A model generated the notes under the pieces. The model saw only the letters and a list, made by a program, of their open reading frames with translations, did no database searches and was not told the origin of the DNA. This document shows positions 1-9,515 of a stretch of 40,613 nt of DNA, in pieces. Source of the stretch: a phage; the sequence record PZ019082.1. The stretch is one strand, 5' to 3'. Position 1 is the first letter of the stretch. Each line of letters starts with the position of its first letter. Made by a program: the position numbers and the translations under genes.

Positions 1-561
1 ATGCAAGGGGATTCTATGAAGCTGAAACTTAAGCAGCCATCGCCAGAGGTGGTGCAAGCTGCACATGAAGAAGCTGTTAGCGCAAACCGTCGCCGTAAAC
101 GACCGCGCGGTAAACAGAGCCTTTATCAATCATCCCGTAATTCCGCCGCATTGTGGGACCCGGACTATTGTGACGCGTTAATCGAGTTCTTCGACCGCAC
201 GTCATGGGAACTTGTACCTACGTCCAAGGGCGACGAACGCCCGTTGATTCAGGATAAGCCACCATCGCTGGCCCGCTTCGCCTTACACATCGGCGTAACT
301 ATCCCAATTATTAAGCTATGGCTGCGTGAGATTCCCGCATTTGCGGAAGCCTATGAGACAGCACAGGCGCTGGAAGAGGCATACTTCACTGAGACGGGGG
401 CGGCGGGCATCTCTGCTACATTTGCTGCCGCGAAACTGGGCCTTAGCAAAGAGAAACCGGTTGAGTCCACCGAAGAAACAGCACCGACCGAGATTGTTTT
501 CAGTGTTGCAGAGCCTGTAGGTAAAATCGTAACAACTAACATGGGCGAGGTAGAGGAATGA
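1..561 (+). CDS. putative terminase small subunit (5-prime end may be cut by window edge)
   Basis: ORF directly upstream of large terminase with ATGA stop/start overlap at 558; basic stretch RRRKRPRGK; position typical of TerS. Confidence 0.45.
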   Translation: MQGDSMKLKLKQPSPEVVQAAHEEAVSANRRRKRPRGKQSLYQSSRNSAALWDPDYCDALIEFFDRTSWELVPTSKGDERPLIQDKPPSLARFALHIGVTIPIIKLWLREIPAFAEAYETAQALEEAYFTETGAAGISATFAAAKLGLSKEKPVESTEETAPTEIVFSVAEPVGKIVTTNMGEVEE

Positions 562-1808
562 GTATTCAGCTATCCGCGCCCCAGGCTCTGTTCCTGAATT
601 GCGATAACAAGTACAAGGCCTACGTCGGTGGCTTCGGCAGCGGTAAGACATTTGTTGGTTGCCTTGACCTGCTTACGTTTATGCTAAAGCACCCCGGTAC
701 GCGCCTGGGCTACTTCGGCCCCACATACCCAGCTATCCGCGACATCTTCTACCCAACATTCGAGGAAGCGGCTAACCTGCTTGGCCTTGATGTGCTGGTT
801 AAATCCGGCGACAAAGAAGTCGTGGTTACTCGTGGTAAGACGGTGCTCGGGACCATTATCTGCCGTTCGATGGATAATCCCGGCTCGATAGTCGGTTTCA
901 AAATCGCGGCTGCGGTCGTGGATGAGCTCGATGTATTGAGCCGCGAGAAAGCCGAGCTGGCGTGGAACAAAATTGTTGCTCGTATGCGTCTGGTTATACC
1001 AGGTGTAATTAACCACATCTCCGTTACCACGACACCGGAAGGATTCAAGTTCGTCTACGCCAAGTTCAAAGAGAATCCGACGCCGAGTTACTCGATGGTG
1101 CAGGCTTCCACCCACGAGAACGCGAGATTCCTGCCGCCGGATTACATCAGCTCGCTGACCGAGACTTACCCGGCGCAACTGATTAACGCGTATCTGAACG
1201 GTGAGTTTGTCAACCTGACATCCGGCAGCGTGTATTACGCGTATGACCGTCGCAAGCACCGCAGCAAAGAGACGATTCAACCTGGTGACACACTGTACAT
1301 CGGACAGGACTTCAACGTTACGAAGAACGCTAGCGCCGTGTATGTGCAACGTAAAGACGGCTGGCACGCGGTGGCAGAACTGAAAGGCCTGTTCGACACA
1401 CCAGACACCGTGCGCGTAATTACTGAGAGGTGGAAGTCACAAGGCCACCGCATAGTCATTTACCCCGACGCCAGCGGCAAGAACCGCAAAACCAACTCGG
1501 CATCAATCTCAGATATTGCATTACTCCAGCAGGCTGGGTTTGATGTTCGCGCTAAATCCGCCAACCCCCCGGTTAAAGACCGTGTTTTAGCCGTGAATAC
1601 CGCGCTGGAAAAAGGTAAGCTGTGGGTTAACGACCACTTATGCCCTGAGATAGCGAAGACGCTGGAGCAGCAGGCATACGACGATAACGGAGAGCCAGCT
1701 AAAGACGGCATCATTGACCATATGGCAGATGCTCTCGGCTATCCTGTAGTTTACGAGATGCCGGTGGTTAAACCAGTAATCAACATCCCGGTGACTTTCG
1801 CACTTTAA
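558..1808 (+). CDS. terL: terminase large subunit
   Basis: Walker A GGFGSGKT near N-terminus; 416 aa; followed by portal-sized ORF; RBS GAGGTAGAGGA upstream. Confidence 0.85.
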   Translation: MSIQLSAPQALFLNCDNKYKAYVGGFGSGKTFVGCLDLLTFMLKHPGTRLGYFGPTYPAIRDIFYPTFEEAANLLGLDVLVKSGDKEVVVTRGKTVLGTIICRSMDNPGSIVGFKIAAAVVDELDVLSREKAELAWNKIVARMRLVIPGVINHISVTTTPEGFKFVYAKFKENPTPSYSMVQASTHENARFLPPDYISSLTETYPAQLINAYLNGEFVNLTSGSVYYAYDRRKHRSKETIQPGDTLYIGQDFNVTKNASAVYVQRKDGWHAVAELKGLFDTPDTVRVITERWKSQGHRIVIYPDASGKNRKTNSASISDIALLQQAGFDVRAKSANPPVKDRVLAVNTALEKGKLWVNDHLCPEIAKTLEQQAYDDNGEPAKDGIIDHMADALGYPVVYEMPVVKPVINIPVTFAL

Positions 1809-1819
1809 GAGGACAACAA

Positions 1820-3313
1820 ATGGTTTCCGCAAACATTAACGCAGGGCAAGGGCAGAACGTTAAAACCCGCCACCGCCAGTACGAAGAATATTTTCCTAAG
1901 TGGCAGAAGGTGCGACATGCGCTTTCTGGTGACCTGACATCATATTTACGTGATGTCGGTAAGAACGAGCCAGACCCGGTTTACGGTCGCCAGCGTCAGG
2001 CCGAATATGAAGCGGGGGCTATTTGCTACAACTTCACCAAGCGAACGCTTTCCGGCATGGTAGGCAGCGTAATGCGCAAAGACCCTGAGATGATTATTCC
2101 GTCTCAGATGGAGTACCTGACCACTAACTGCGACGGCTCCGGCGTTGGCCTGTGGCAGCACGCGCAGGATACCCTGTATGAGATTGACGCCGTTGGGCGC
2201 GGCGGTTTGCTGGTGGACGCGCCCGCGGTAGAAGTCGCCACTATGGCGGAGCAAAACGAGGGCTTACTAAACCCTACAATTGCTTTCTACACAGCCGAGA
2301 ACATCATCAACTGGCGTCTTCAGCGCGTAGGGTCGGTCAATCGTGTTGTTATGGTAGTATTGCGTGAAGAATACGAGTACACCGACGGCACGGATGAGTT
2401 CAGCCCTAACTATGGTGAACAATACCGCGTCCTTGACATCTTCGAAGGCCAGTATCGCCAGCGTCTGTACCGCTTTAACCAGAAAGGCGCACTGATGGAA
2501 GGTGGCTATATCGAAATCTTCCCGAAACTCGGTAATATTCCGGTAGGGGTGATTCCGTTCACGTTCATCGGCGCGGGAAATAACGACTCAACCCCTGATG
2601 ATGCCCCTTTGCTGCCGTTGGCTGAACTTAATATCGGGCATTTCCGTAACAGCGCAGACAATGAGGAGTCCAGCTTCGTAGTAGGCCAGCCTACTTTGTT
2701 CATCGCCCCGGGCGAGAACATGAGCGCCGAGCAATGGGTGACAGCCAACCCTCACGGCGTGCGCATGGGGTCGCGTTCCGGCCATAACATCGGCTATGGC
2801 GGCAATGCGTTTCTGGTTCAGGCGGGGGAGAACAACCTCGCCAAACAGAACATGCTGGATAAAGAGAATCAGGCCATCCAGATTGGCGCACAGCTTATTA
2901 CCCCGACGCAGCAAATCACTGCTGAATCGGCGCGCCTGCAACGCGGCGCTGACACGTCCGTTATGGCAACAATCGCACGTAACGTAAGCATGGCGTATAC
3001 CGATGCGCTGAAATGGGTTGCGGGTATGCTTGGGATTAGTGACGGTACTGAAATTGAGTTCAAACTGAATATGGAGTTCTTCCTGCAGCCGATGACCGCT
3101 CAGGACCGCGCTCAGTGGATGGCAGATATTAACGCTGGCCTGCTACCTGCTACCGCTTACTACGCTGCGTTGCGTAAGGCGGGGGTAACAGACTGGACGG
3201 ACGAGGATATTCGGAACGCTATCGAGGATGCGCCACTGCCGTTAGGTGCTGCCGCGCAGGTGGCGGGAGAGATTCCGCAGTCGGCACAGCAACAAGACGC
3301 CGCTCAGCCGTAA
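1820..3313 (+). CDS. portal protein
   Basis: 497 aa ORF immediately after TerL, RBS AGAGGA, followed by hairpin terminator; size and position typical of portal. Confidence 0.7.
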   Translation: MVSANINAGQGQNVKTRHRQYEEYFPKWQKVRHALSGDLTSYLRDVGKNEPDPVYGRQRQAEYEAGAICYNFTKRTLSGMVGSVMRKDPEMIIPSQMEYLTTNCDGSGVGLWQHAQDTLYEIDAVGRGGLLVDAPAVEVATMAEQNEGLLNPTIAFYTAENIINWRLQRVGSVNRVVMVVLREEYEYTDGTDEFSPNYGEQYRVLDIFEGQYRQRLYRFNQKGALMEGGYIEIFPKLGNIPVGVIPFTFIGAGNNDSTPDDAPLLPLAELNIGHFRNSADNEESSFVVGQPTLFIAPGENMSAEQWVTANPHGVRMGSRSGHNIGYGGNAFLVQAGENNLAKQNMLDKENQAIQIGAQLITPTQQITAESARLQRGADTSVMATIARNVSMAYTDALKWVAGMLGISDGTEIEFKLNMEFFLQPMTAQDRAQWMADINAGLLPATAYYAALRKAGVTDWTDEDIRNAIEDAPLPLGAAAQVAGEIPQSAQQQDAAQP

Positions 3314-3323
3314 GTTCACCTAT

Positions 3324-3346
3324 AGCCCCGAAAGGGGCTTTCTTAT
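3324..3346 (+). terminator. rho-independent terminator-like hairpin
   Basis: AGCCCC-GAAA-GGGGCT stem-loop followed by TTCTTAT. Confidence 0.6.
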
Positions 3347-3349
3347 AGT

Positions 3350-4426
3350 ATGCTATTAACTTTAGCACCACAGGGTTTAACTATGAGCTTACTTACATCC
3401 CTAATCAGCCACCAGATATGGCTGCAACGAACCGCATCCGGCGAAGTGAAAGACCTCGCACCGTTCATTCAGGAAATGCGGGACGAAATCAAACGGCAGG
3501 TGCTGTTATTCGGTGACGACGGGCGAAGCACCGCGCGGCTGAATAAACTGTTACGCGACCTTGAAGAAGCGCTAACCGGACTTACCGGCGACTGGCAAAC
3601 AAAGCTGACAGAAGACCTCAAGGAGCTGGCGGCGTATGAGGCTGAGTGGAACGTAAAGACGCTGGCCACCAACGTAGATGCGGAATTTGTCACGCCTACC
3701 GCCGAACAGGTGTGGGCTGCCGCTGAGTTTCAACCCTTATCATTAAGCGACAAGCCTGTTGATTTCACTAAGCTGATGTCGGGATGGGGTGAAACCGAAG
3801 TAGCACGTCTCGTAACCGGCGTTAAGATGGGCTTTGTTCAGGGTAAGACAACACGGCAGATTGTTACAGAAGTAGTCGGTAAAGGTGGGCTGGCTGACGT
3901 ATCAGAGAAATATGCGGCTACAGTAATCCGCACCGCGCTGTCCCACGTATCCAACGAAGCCCGTAACGAGACGTACCGCCAGAACGACGACATCATCGAG
4001 AAGTACGAGTGGGTGTCGACGCTGGACAGCCGTACCAGTACGATTTGTAGGGCCAGAGACGGAATGACGTGGGAAATCGGTAAGGGGCCGATGCCGCCAG
4101 CACATCCGAATTGCCGGAGTACCACTGCACCAGTAATCAGTTCGGAGTTCGACTTCCTCGATAAGGGAGCAAAACGAGCAGCTAAGGGTGCGGACGGCGG
4201 TATGCAGGTAAGTGCAGACACCACCTATTATGAGTTCCTGAAACAACAACCGGCATGGTTTCAGGACCAGGCTCTAGGCCCTGTTCGCGGTAAGATTTTC
4301 CGTAACAGCGGTATATCGCCGGAAGAGTTTCGCGTAATATCTGTAGATGGTTTCGGGAATCCGCTCACGCTTAAGCAGATGGCGGAACTCGATAAACGTG
4401 TTGCTGATTATCTGAAAGGGGAATAA
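3350..4426 (+). CDS. head morphogenesis protein (Mu F / SPP1 gp7-like, inferred from position)
   Basis: 358 aa ORF following portal; alternative start at 3372; synteny only. Confidence 0.5.
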   Translation: MLLTLAPQGLTMSLLTSLISHQIWLQRTASGEVKDLAPFIQEMRDEIKRQVLLFGDDGRSTARLNKLLRDLEEALTGLTGDWQTKLTEDLKELAAYEAEWNVKTLATNVDAEFVTPTAEQVWAAAEFQPLSLSDKPVDFTKLMSGWGETEVARLVTGVKMGFVQGKTTRQIVTEVVGKGGLADVSEKYAATVIRTALSHVSNEARNETYRQNDDIIEKYEWVSTLDSRTSTICRARDGMTWEIGKGPMPPAHPNCRSTTAPVISSEFDFLDKGAKRAAKGADGGMQVSADTTYYEFLKQQPAWFQDQALGPVRGKIFRNSGISPEEFRVISVDGFGNPLTLKQMAELDKRVADYLKGE

Positions 4427-4887
4427 TGATGGGCTTTTTCAAAGTAACTGATGTACCGTCACGCCGCGTAGTACAGTACGCCCGTGTGTCTGGTTCCGGC
4501 GAGAACGTAACCTACGTTGAAGATGAAAGTGTACTAGGTACACCCGTAGACGAGATGCCCTACGCAGACAAGACAGGTATCGCGCTCTCTGCCGCTGGTA
4601 TGCTTTATGAGATTCCGTATCTGGCTGACGCAGGCGACGTGTACTTCTCGGCGCAACCGCAGGACGCTGAACTGGCAGACGGCAGCGCAACTATCACTGT
4701 CGAAGTTAAGGCGGGCAAAGCGCCGTATGCTCTTACCTGGTACAAAGACGGAAAGGAAGTTGTAAACGCACCTGAAGAGGCCTTGTCTCTGACGGTTAAC
4801 GCAGTAGGTGAATACTTCGTTAAAGTCACCGATGCCAATGGTGTGGAGACGGTAAGCAAAGCGGCGAAGGTCACTAAGCCAGAATAA
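4426..4887 (+). CDS. virion protein with C-terminal Ig-like domain (possible decoration protein)
   Basis: ATGATG overlap with upstream stop; C-terminal beta-rich segment TITVEVKAGKAPYALTWYKDGKEV resembling Ig-like folds. Confidence 0.4.
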   Translation: MMGFFKVTDVPSRRVVQYARVSGSGENVTYVEDESVLGTPVDEMPYADKTGIALSAAGMLYEIPYLADAGDVYFSAQPQDAELADGSATITVEVKAGKAPYALTWYKDGKEVVNAPEEALSLTVNAVGEYFVKVTDANGVETVSKAAKVTKPE

Positions 4888-4891
4888 ACTG

Positions 4892-4913
4892 AAGCCCCGA
4901 AAGGGGCTTTTTA
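4892..4913 (+). terminator. rho-independent terminator
   Basis: GCCCC-GAAA-GGGGC hairpin followed by TTTTT. Confidence 0.7.
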
Positions 4914-5184
4914 GTGCCTGTGATTATTCCAGTTATTCCACTCAATTGTAAATGTTGGAATAAACTATTCGAATAGCTGACTTTTCACTGAAAATATGAT
5001 AAGCTCCACCTGAGCTTGTGAAGTATGAACAAGCGACCGCGGCGCGGGCAGGTAACGGAGCGGGACGTAAGTCCTGAGTGTAGTTACGCTGACGCGTTCG
5101 GAAGGGCCATACTCTATTGCTTGTGTAAAAAGTAACGGGTTTACTGAGATTACGCCGTTTCTATGTTTAAATGATAAGGACTAG

Positions 5185-5212
5185 CGCCCCGCTTTAAGGC
5201 GGGGCTTTACTT
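5185..5212 (+). terminator. terminator-like hairpin
   Basis: GCCCCGC ... GCGGGGC stem followed by TTTACTT, just upstream of Rz-like gene. Confidence 0.5.
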
Positions 5213-5229
5213 ATCGAGAAAGGGGAAAC

Positions 5230-5616
5230 ATGAATCTTAAAGCAACTGTCGTAGCCGGAGCATGTTTCGTTGTCCTGGCCTACGCACACAGCATTTATCA
5301 GTATCGCAGCGGCTGGAACGAAGGCCGGGCGAATCTCGTTTCGCAGCAACAGCAGAAAGCACAGGCTGAGTTAGCGAAGAAAACACAACGGCAGCAGCAG
5401 GATGAATCAAAGGCCGCAGCCGCTGACAACGAAGGCAAGACGAAATCAGAGGTGATTACACGTGAAGTCGTTAAGTACATTAAAACGCCTGGTCGCAGCG
5501 TGTGCACTTTCGACGATGCTCGCGTCCTGCTCAAGTCCCGCGCTGTTGCCAACGCCAATTCCATCCCCGGATACGACAATGATGCAGCCGCCGTGCAAGT
5601 TGGCCCCGCCAAGTAG
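5230..5616 (+). CDS. Rz: i-spanin (Rz-like): N-terminal transmembrane helix plus Q-rich coiled coil
   Basis: N-terminal hydrophobic segment ATVVAGACFVVLAYAHSIY, Gln/Ala-rich coiled coil, embedded +1-frame lipoprotein ORF. Confidence 0.6.
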   Translation: MNLKATVVAGACFVVLAYAHSIYQYRSGWNEGRANLVSQQQQKAQAELAKKTQRQQQDESKAAAADNEGKTKSEVITREVVKYIKTPGRSVCTFDDARVLLKSRAVANANSIPGYDNDAAAVQVGPAK

Positions 5617-5725
5617 TGATGCTGACGAGGATTTGGCTATCGACGTTCAGAACGCAGAATGCGCCCGCCAGAATCGTCTGAAGGTATTCCGGTTGCAGGA
5701 TTACGTGAGGAATATTCTGGAATAG
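5462..5725 (+). CDS. Rz1: o-spanin (Rz1-like) outer-membrane lipoprotein, overlapping Rz in a different frame
   Basis: GTG start with RBS AGAGGTGA; signal peptide ending in lipobox LASC; proline-rich mature region; overlaps and extends past Rz. Confidence 0.6.
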   Translation: MKSLSTLKRLVAACALSTMLASCSSPALLPTPIPSPDTTMMQPPCKLAPPSSDADEDLAIDVQNAECARQNRLKVFRLQDYVRNILE

Positions 5726-5804
5726 TTGCCTTGTATGTTGGAATAATTTATTCTTGACATGTAAATCCGGGTGGCCCGGGTTCCAACGTCCAGGGGACAT
5801 ACTG

Positions 5805-6431
5805 ATGAGCGAAGAAGTGAAAGACGAAACTATCGAACAACAAGAGACTAAGACCACGTTTACCAAAGAGGAAGTTGACGCGCTGGTATCAGGTCTTAAA
5901 GCTAACAACGAGAAACTCTTGTCTGAAAAGAAAGCTGCTGCCGCTGCCGCTAAAGAAGCCGCAGATGCGAAGCTGAAAGCCGAACAGGAACGCGCAAAAC
6001 AGAACGGCGAACTTGAGGCATTCGAGAAAACGTTACGTAGTCAGTATGAGCCAGTACTAGCCGAGAAAGACGGTAAGATTAACAAAATGGCTGAGCGTAT
6101 CCTCGGCGCAGAACGTAAATCAGTTATCAGCCAGTTGTCTGGCATGTTGATTGATGAGAGCGCAGCGGATATCATCGCTATGATGGTCAAGACCGAATTC
6201 GACGGCGATGACGTTGTGACCAAGTTCACTGGTGCAGATGGTAACGTCATCACCACCGACGCAGAGCAATTTAAAAAGTATCTGCGTGAGCACAAAGCAT
6301 TCTCGCATCTGATTAAAGCAGATGCAGCAACCGGCGGCGGGGCTTCCGGTAACAAAAATTCTACTGGCGGGGCCGGTGGTACGGACGTAATCCAGCAAAA
6401 ACTTAACGCCAAATACGGCAAACGAGGATAA
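5805..6431 (+). CDS. putative capsid scaffolding protein
   Basis: ATG with RBS GGGGACA; Lys/Ala/Glu-rich predicted coiled coil; immediately upstream of major capsid gene; track ORF starts at TTG 5754. Confidence 0.5.
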   Translation: MSEEVKDETIEQQETKTTFTKEEVDALVSGLKANNEKLLSEKKAAAAAAKEAADAKLKAEQERAKQNGELEAFEKTLRSQYEPVLAEKDGKINKMAERILGAERKSVISQLSGMLIDESAADIIAMMVKTEFDGDDVVTKFTGADGNVITTDAEQFKKYLREHKAFSHLIKADAATGGGASGNKNSTGGAGGTDVIQQKLNAKYGKRG

Positions 6432-6437
6432 CAGAAT

Positions 6438-7406
6438 ATGTCTCTGTCAGATATGAAGGTTTATAACGACGATATCGTCGGTACCACTATCGAACTGCTT
6501 GGTCAGAAAACTGACCAGTTTAACGCGGCCTCTGGTGGGGCAATTGTACTGTCTACCGCTTCATGGCGCGGTGACTTCTCCCGTGAGTCTTTCTTTAACC
6601 AGATTGCCTCAGCTAAACGCCGCGTTGACCGTTACGCGGCTATCGCCTCTCAGGCCGCTACCGCTCTGACTCAGGGTGAGCATGTAGGCGTTAAAGTCGC
6701 TGGCGGCTTCGGTCCGGTACTGTTCGAGCCTGCGCAAATGACCTGGCTGAACGAAGACCCGGCAAGCGCGATTCGTGCTATTTCAGAAGGCTTCTCTGAC
6801 GCACTGTTGGCAGACCAGCTTAACACTGCTGTTGGTGCTGCGGTTGCCGCGGTATCCGGTCAGACCGCACTGGTTAACGACGTATCTGCGTCCGCGGGCC
6901 TGTCCCTGAACGTGCTGAACAACAGCCACGCTAAATTCGGCGACCAGTCTCAGTTGCTGATTACCGACATCATGACTGGCGCGGCTTACCACACTCTGGT
7001 AGACAAAGCGCTGACCAACGCAAACCAGCTGTTCGTTGCCGGTAACGTTATGGTTGTCGATGTTCTCGGTAAGCGTTACGTAATCTCCGACATCCCTGCG
7101 CTGTACGAAGCTGGTACTCCGAACAAGACTAAGGTCCTGTCCGTAGTTGCAAACGGCATCATCGTTGACAATGCTTCTGACATTATCAGCAACATTGACA
7201 CCAGCAACGGTAACACCCGCATCCAGACCACCTGGCAGGCGGACTACAGCTTCGGCCTGAAACTGAAAGGCTATAGCTGGGATGCTACCAACGGCGGTAA
7301 ATCTCCGCTGGATGCAGAACTGTTCACCGCATCCAACTGGGACAAAGCTGTTGCCGAGAACAAGCACACCCTCGGTACTCTGGCAATCGCTGACGCAGAC
7401 CTGTAA
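6438..7406 (+). CDS. major capsid protein
   Basis: 322 aa ORF after scaffold with RBS GAGGATAA, followed by strong terminator 7426-7448. Confidence 0.65.
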   Translation: MSLSDMKVYNDDIVGTTIELLGQKTDQFNAASGGAIVLSTASWRGDFSRESFFNQIASAKRRVDRYAAIASQAATALTQGEHVGVKVAGGFGPVLFEPAQMTWLNEDPASAIRAISEGFSDALLADQLNTAVGAAVAAVSGQTALVNDVSASAGLSLNVLNNSHAKFGDQSQLLITDIMTGAAYHTLVDKALTNANQLFVAGNVMVVDVLGKRYVISDIPALYEAGTPNKTKVLSVVANGIIVDNASDIISNIDTSNGNTRIQTTWQADYSFGLKLKGYSWDATNGGKSPLDAELFTASNWDKAVAENKHTLGTLAIADADL

Positions 7407-7425
7407 CACGGTTGATGGCAGAAAC

Positions 7426-7448
7426 AAAGGGGCTTCGGCCCCTTTTTA
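7426..7448 (+). terminator. rho-independent terminator
   Basis: GGGGC-TTCG-GCCCC hairpin followed by TTTTT. Confidence 0.75.
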
Positions 7449-7463
7449 CTAGGAGAAATTAAA

Positions 7464-7631
7464 GTGGAAATTAAATACGTACCAATGCCAATCACCATCG
7501 AGCAGAAGCGCGAATATAACCGTCAGGGGTTCCGCGTGGTAGATGCGCGTTTCGCACCAGAAGGTGCTGTGGTAGAATCGACTAAAGAAGAGACGCCACG
7601 CCGCCAGCGTCGGGCGAAATCAGAGGAATAA
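7464..7631 (+). CDS. small hypothetical protein (55 aa, GTG start)
   Basis: Not in ORF track (under 60 aa); strong RBS AGGAG 8 nt upstream of GTG; fills gap between capsid terminator and next gene. Confidence 0.4.
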   Translation: MEIKYVPMPITIEQKREYNRQGFRVVDARFAPEGAVVESTKEETPRRQRRAKSEE

Positions 7632-7634
7632 TTT

Positions 7635-8147
7635 ATGCCGCTAATCGTGGAAGATGGGTCGATAGTACCTGATGCCGACAGTTACGTTAGTCTGGCTGAC
7701 GCCCGCGCGTTAGCGGCTAATTATGGTCTTGAGCTACCTGCAGACGATACTGCCGCGGAGGTGGCCCTGCGCAACGGTGCTACTTATGTTGGGCTTGCGG
7801 AGCCGCAGATGTGCGGTCGCCGTGTATCCGCCGAGCAGTCTCTGGCATACCCACGTACCGGAACAACACTAAACGGCTTCACCGTAGCTGATAATGTTAT
7901 TCCGTCGCAGTTAATCCGGGCGCAAGTAATCGCTGCTGTTACGTACGGCGTAGGTACGGATGTTCGGGCTAACTCTGATGGACGTTCCGTGCAGACCGAA
8001 CGTGTCGAGGGCGCAGTGACCGTGACATACTTCAACAACGGCAACAGTGGCGCTACAACTGCGATTACCGCCGCGGACGACGCTTTACGCCCGTTACTGT
8101 GTGGCGGTCTTAACAATGGCTTCTCGTTTAATGTGTACCGGGGTTAA
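7635..8147 (+). CDS. putative head-tail connector / adaptor protein
   Basis: 170 aa ORF, RBS GAGGAA; position between capsid and tail genes. Confidence 0.35.
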   Translation: MPLIVEDGSIVPDADSYVSLADARALAANYGLELPADDTAAEVALRNGATYVGLAEPQMCGRRVSAEQSLAYPRTGTTLNGFTVADNVIPSQLIRAQVIAAVTYGVGTDVRANSDGRSVQTERVEGAVTVTYFNNGNSGATTAITAADDALRPLLCGGLNNGFSFNVYRG

Positions 8148-8149
8148 AA

Positions 8150-8764
8150 ATGGCGAAGACTAAATCCGAGATGTTCACCCTTATCGGGACAAATCTTCCC
8201 GATAACACCACCGGACTTATTACCCCAGCCGCATTGCGCGAGGTAATGACGCAGATGGCAGACTCCCCTATTTACGCCACTCCCGGGGTGAAAGAGGTTG
8301 AAGTTCTCCGTGCCGCGTCTACCGTAACACAAGCGCCTACCGCGGTAGATACGGCGTTGCAGTTAACTTTCGGTGCTGCTCAGGGTGGCGCATCCAACCC
8401 GGTAATGATTAATGCCGCCGGTTTGGTTACGTTCAACACTGCGGGTAACTATGCCGTTCGCATCAAGTTACAGGCAGGACGTACAGGGGCCAGCGGTACG
8501 TCCATACTATTATCTCGCATTCTTATTAATGGGGCCCAGTACGGTTCGCCCGCTGCCACGAAACTGGTAAGCTCAGATACTACAATTCCCATTGAATCAC
8601 GCGTAGTTATTAACCCTACCGCAGGCCAGACATTCGCCGTTCAGATTATGCGAGATAGCGCAGGAACTAACTTCGGTGGCGTATACCCGCAAGTGGCTAC
8701 GGTAACCGCATGGGGTACAGCACCTTCTGCGCTACTGGTTATTTCAAGACTGGAGGCCGCCTGA
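8150..8764 (+). CDS. hypothetical virion protein
   Basis: 204 aa ORF in head-tail joining region; no motif recognised. Confidence 0.35.
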   Translation: MAKTKSEMFTLIGTNLPDNTTGLITPAALREVMTQMADSPIYATPGVKEVEVLRAASTVTQAPTAVDTALQLTFGAAQGGASNPVMINAAGLVTFNTAGNYAVRIKLQAGRTGASGTSILLSRILINGAQYGSPAATKLVSSDTTIPIESRVVINPTAGQTFAVQIMRDSAGTNFGGVYPQVATVTAWGTAPSALLVISRLEAA

Positions 8765-9123
8765 TGAGCACCGCTTTCAGTAAACGTATGCAAGGCGTGG
8801 GGACACGCCTGCTAACCAAATTCGGGAGCACGGTATCTCTGATTCGCGCTGGCTCGAAAGTGTGGGATGAAGTTCTCGGTGAGTACGTCTGGTCTGCGGA
8901 TGAAGTGTCGCCGTTGAAAGCTGTTCCGGTTCCGGTAAACGTGGGACTGGTGAACGGTACGACGATTCAGGCGGGCGACATGATTGTTAAAGCCGATTGC
9001 AGCGTCGTTCCGGAGATGGAAGACAAGGTGCAATTCGGCGGCGAGCAATGGTCTGTCGTAGCCATTGAGAAGAAGATGGTTAACGATGATGTAGTGGCCT
9101 ACTTTATTCAGGTGAGAAAATGA
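8764..9123 (+). CDS. putative head-tail joining protein
   Basis: ATG overlapping upstream stop (TGATG); track ORF begins upstream at 8710; synteny. Confidence 0.35.
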   Translation: MSTAFSKRMQGVGTRLLTKFGSTVSLIRAGSKVWDEVLGEYVWSADEVSPLKAVPVPVNVGLVNGTTIQAGDMIVKADCSVVPEMEDKVQFGGEQWSVVAIEKKMVNDDVVAYFIQVRK

Positions 9124-9515
9124 GTTTCGCGCTTGATGTCTCTAAGTTCGTGGAAAAGGCGAAGAAGAATCCCGAGAAGGTGATGCGTCAGGTGTCTATC
9201 AAGCTGTTTTCCGCTATCATAAAGGCGAGTCCGGTTGATACAGGCCGCTTTCGTATGAACTGGATGGCATCTGGTGGTACTCCTGCTTCCGGGGTTACAG
9301 GTGCTACGGATAAATCAGGAAACACAGCAACCGGAAACGCTACGAGTTTCGTGCTGAAAGCCGCGGACTGGCACGAGTTCACGCTGACAAATAATCTGCC
9401 GTACGCGCAACGTCTGGAGTATGGCTGGTCGCAACAGGCGCCCGCCGGGATGGTCCGGACTAACGTGTCCCGCTTCCAGCAACTCATTAACGAAGAAGCC
9501 AACAAGGTGAAATGA
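9120..9515 (+). CDS. putative tail completion protein
   Basis: ATGA overlap coupling; synteny. Confidence 0.35.
   Translation: MSFALDVSKFVEKAKKNPEKVMRQVSIKLFSAIIKASPVDTGRFRMNWMASGGTPASGVTGATDKSGNTATGNATSFVLKAADWHEFTLTNNLPYAQRLEYGWSQQAPAGMVRTNVSRFQQLINEEANKVK

Larger units (their letters stand above)
4952..5746. repeat. 12-bp direct repeat ATGTTGGAATAA (4952-4963 and 5735-5746) flanking the spanin genes
   Basis: Exact 12-mer twice, each inside a cluster of TTATTCC / GGAATAA motifs. Confidence 0.55.

Noticed and set aside
316-1367. Antisense and alternative-frame ORFs inside the terminase genes (for example 316..651 minus, 684..1367 minus, 749..1048 minus)
   Set aside because: They lie fully within well-supported plus-strand genes with motifs and RBS; no RBS or coupling; typical shadow ORFs of GC-rich coding sequence.
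5027-5143. 38-aa ORF in the untranslated segment upstream of the spanin genes
   Set aside because: Weak RBS, Arg/Cys-rich low-complexity translation in a GC-rich stretch bounded by terminators; more likely noncoding.
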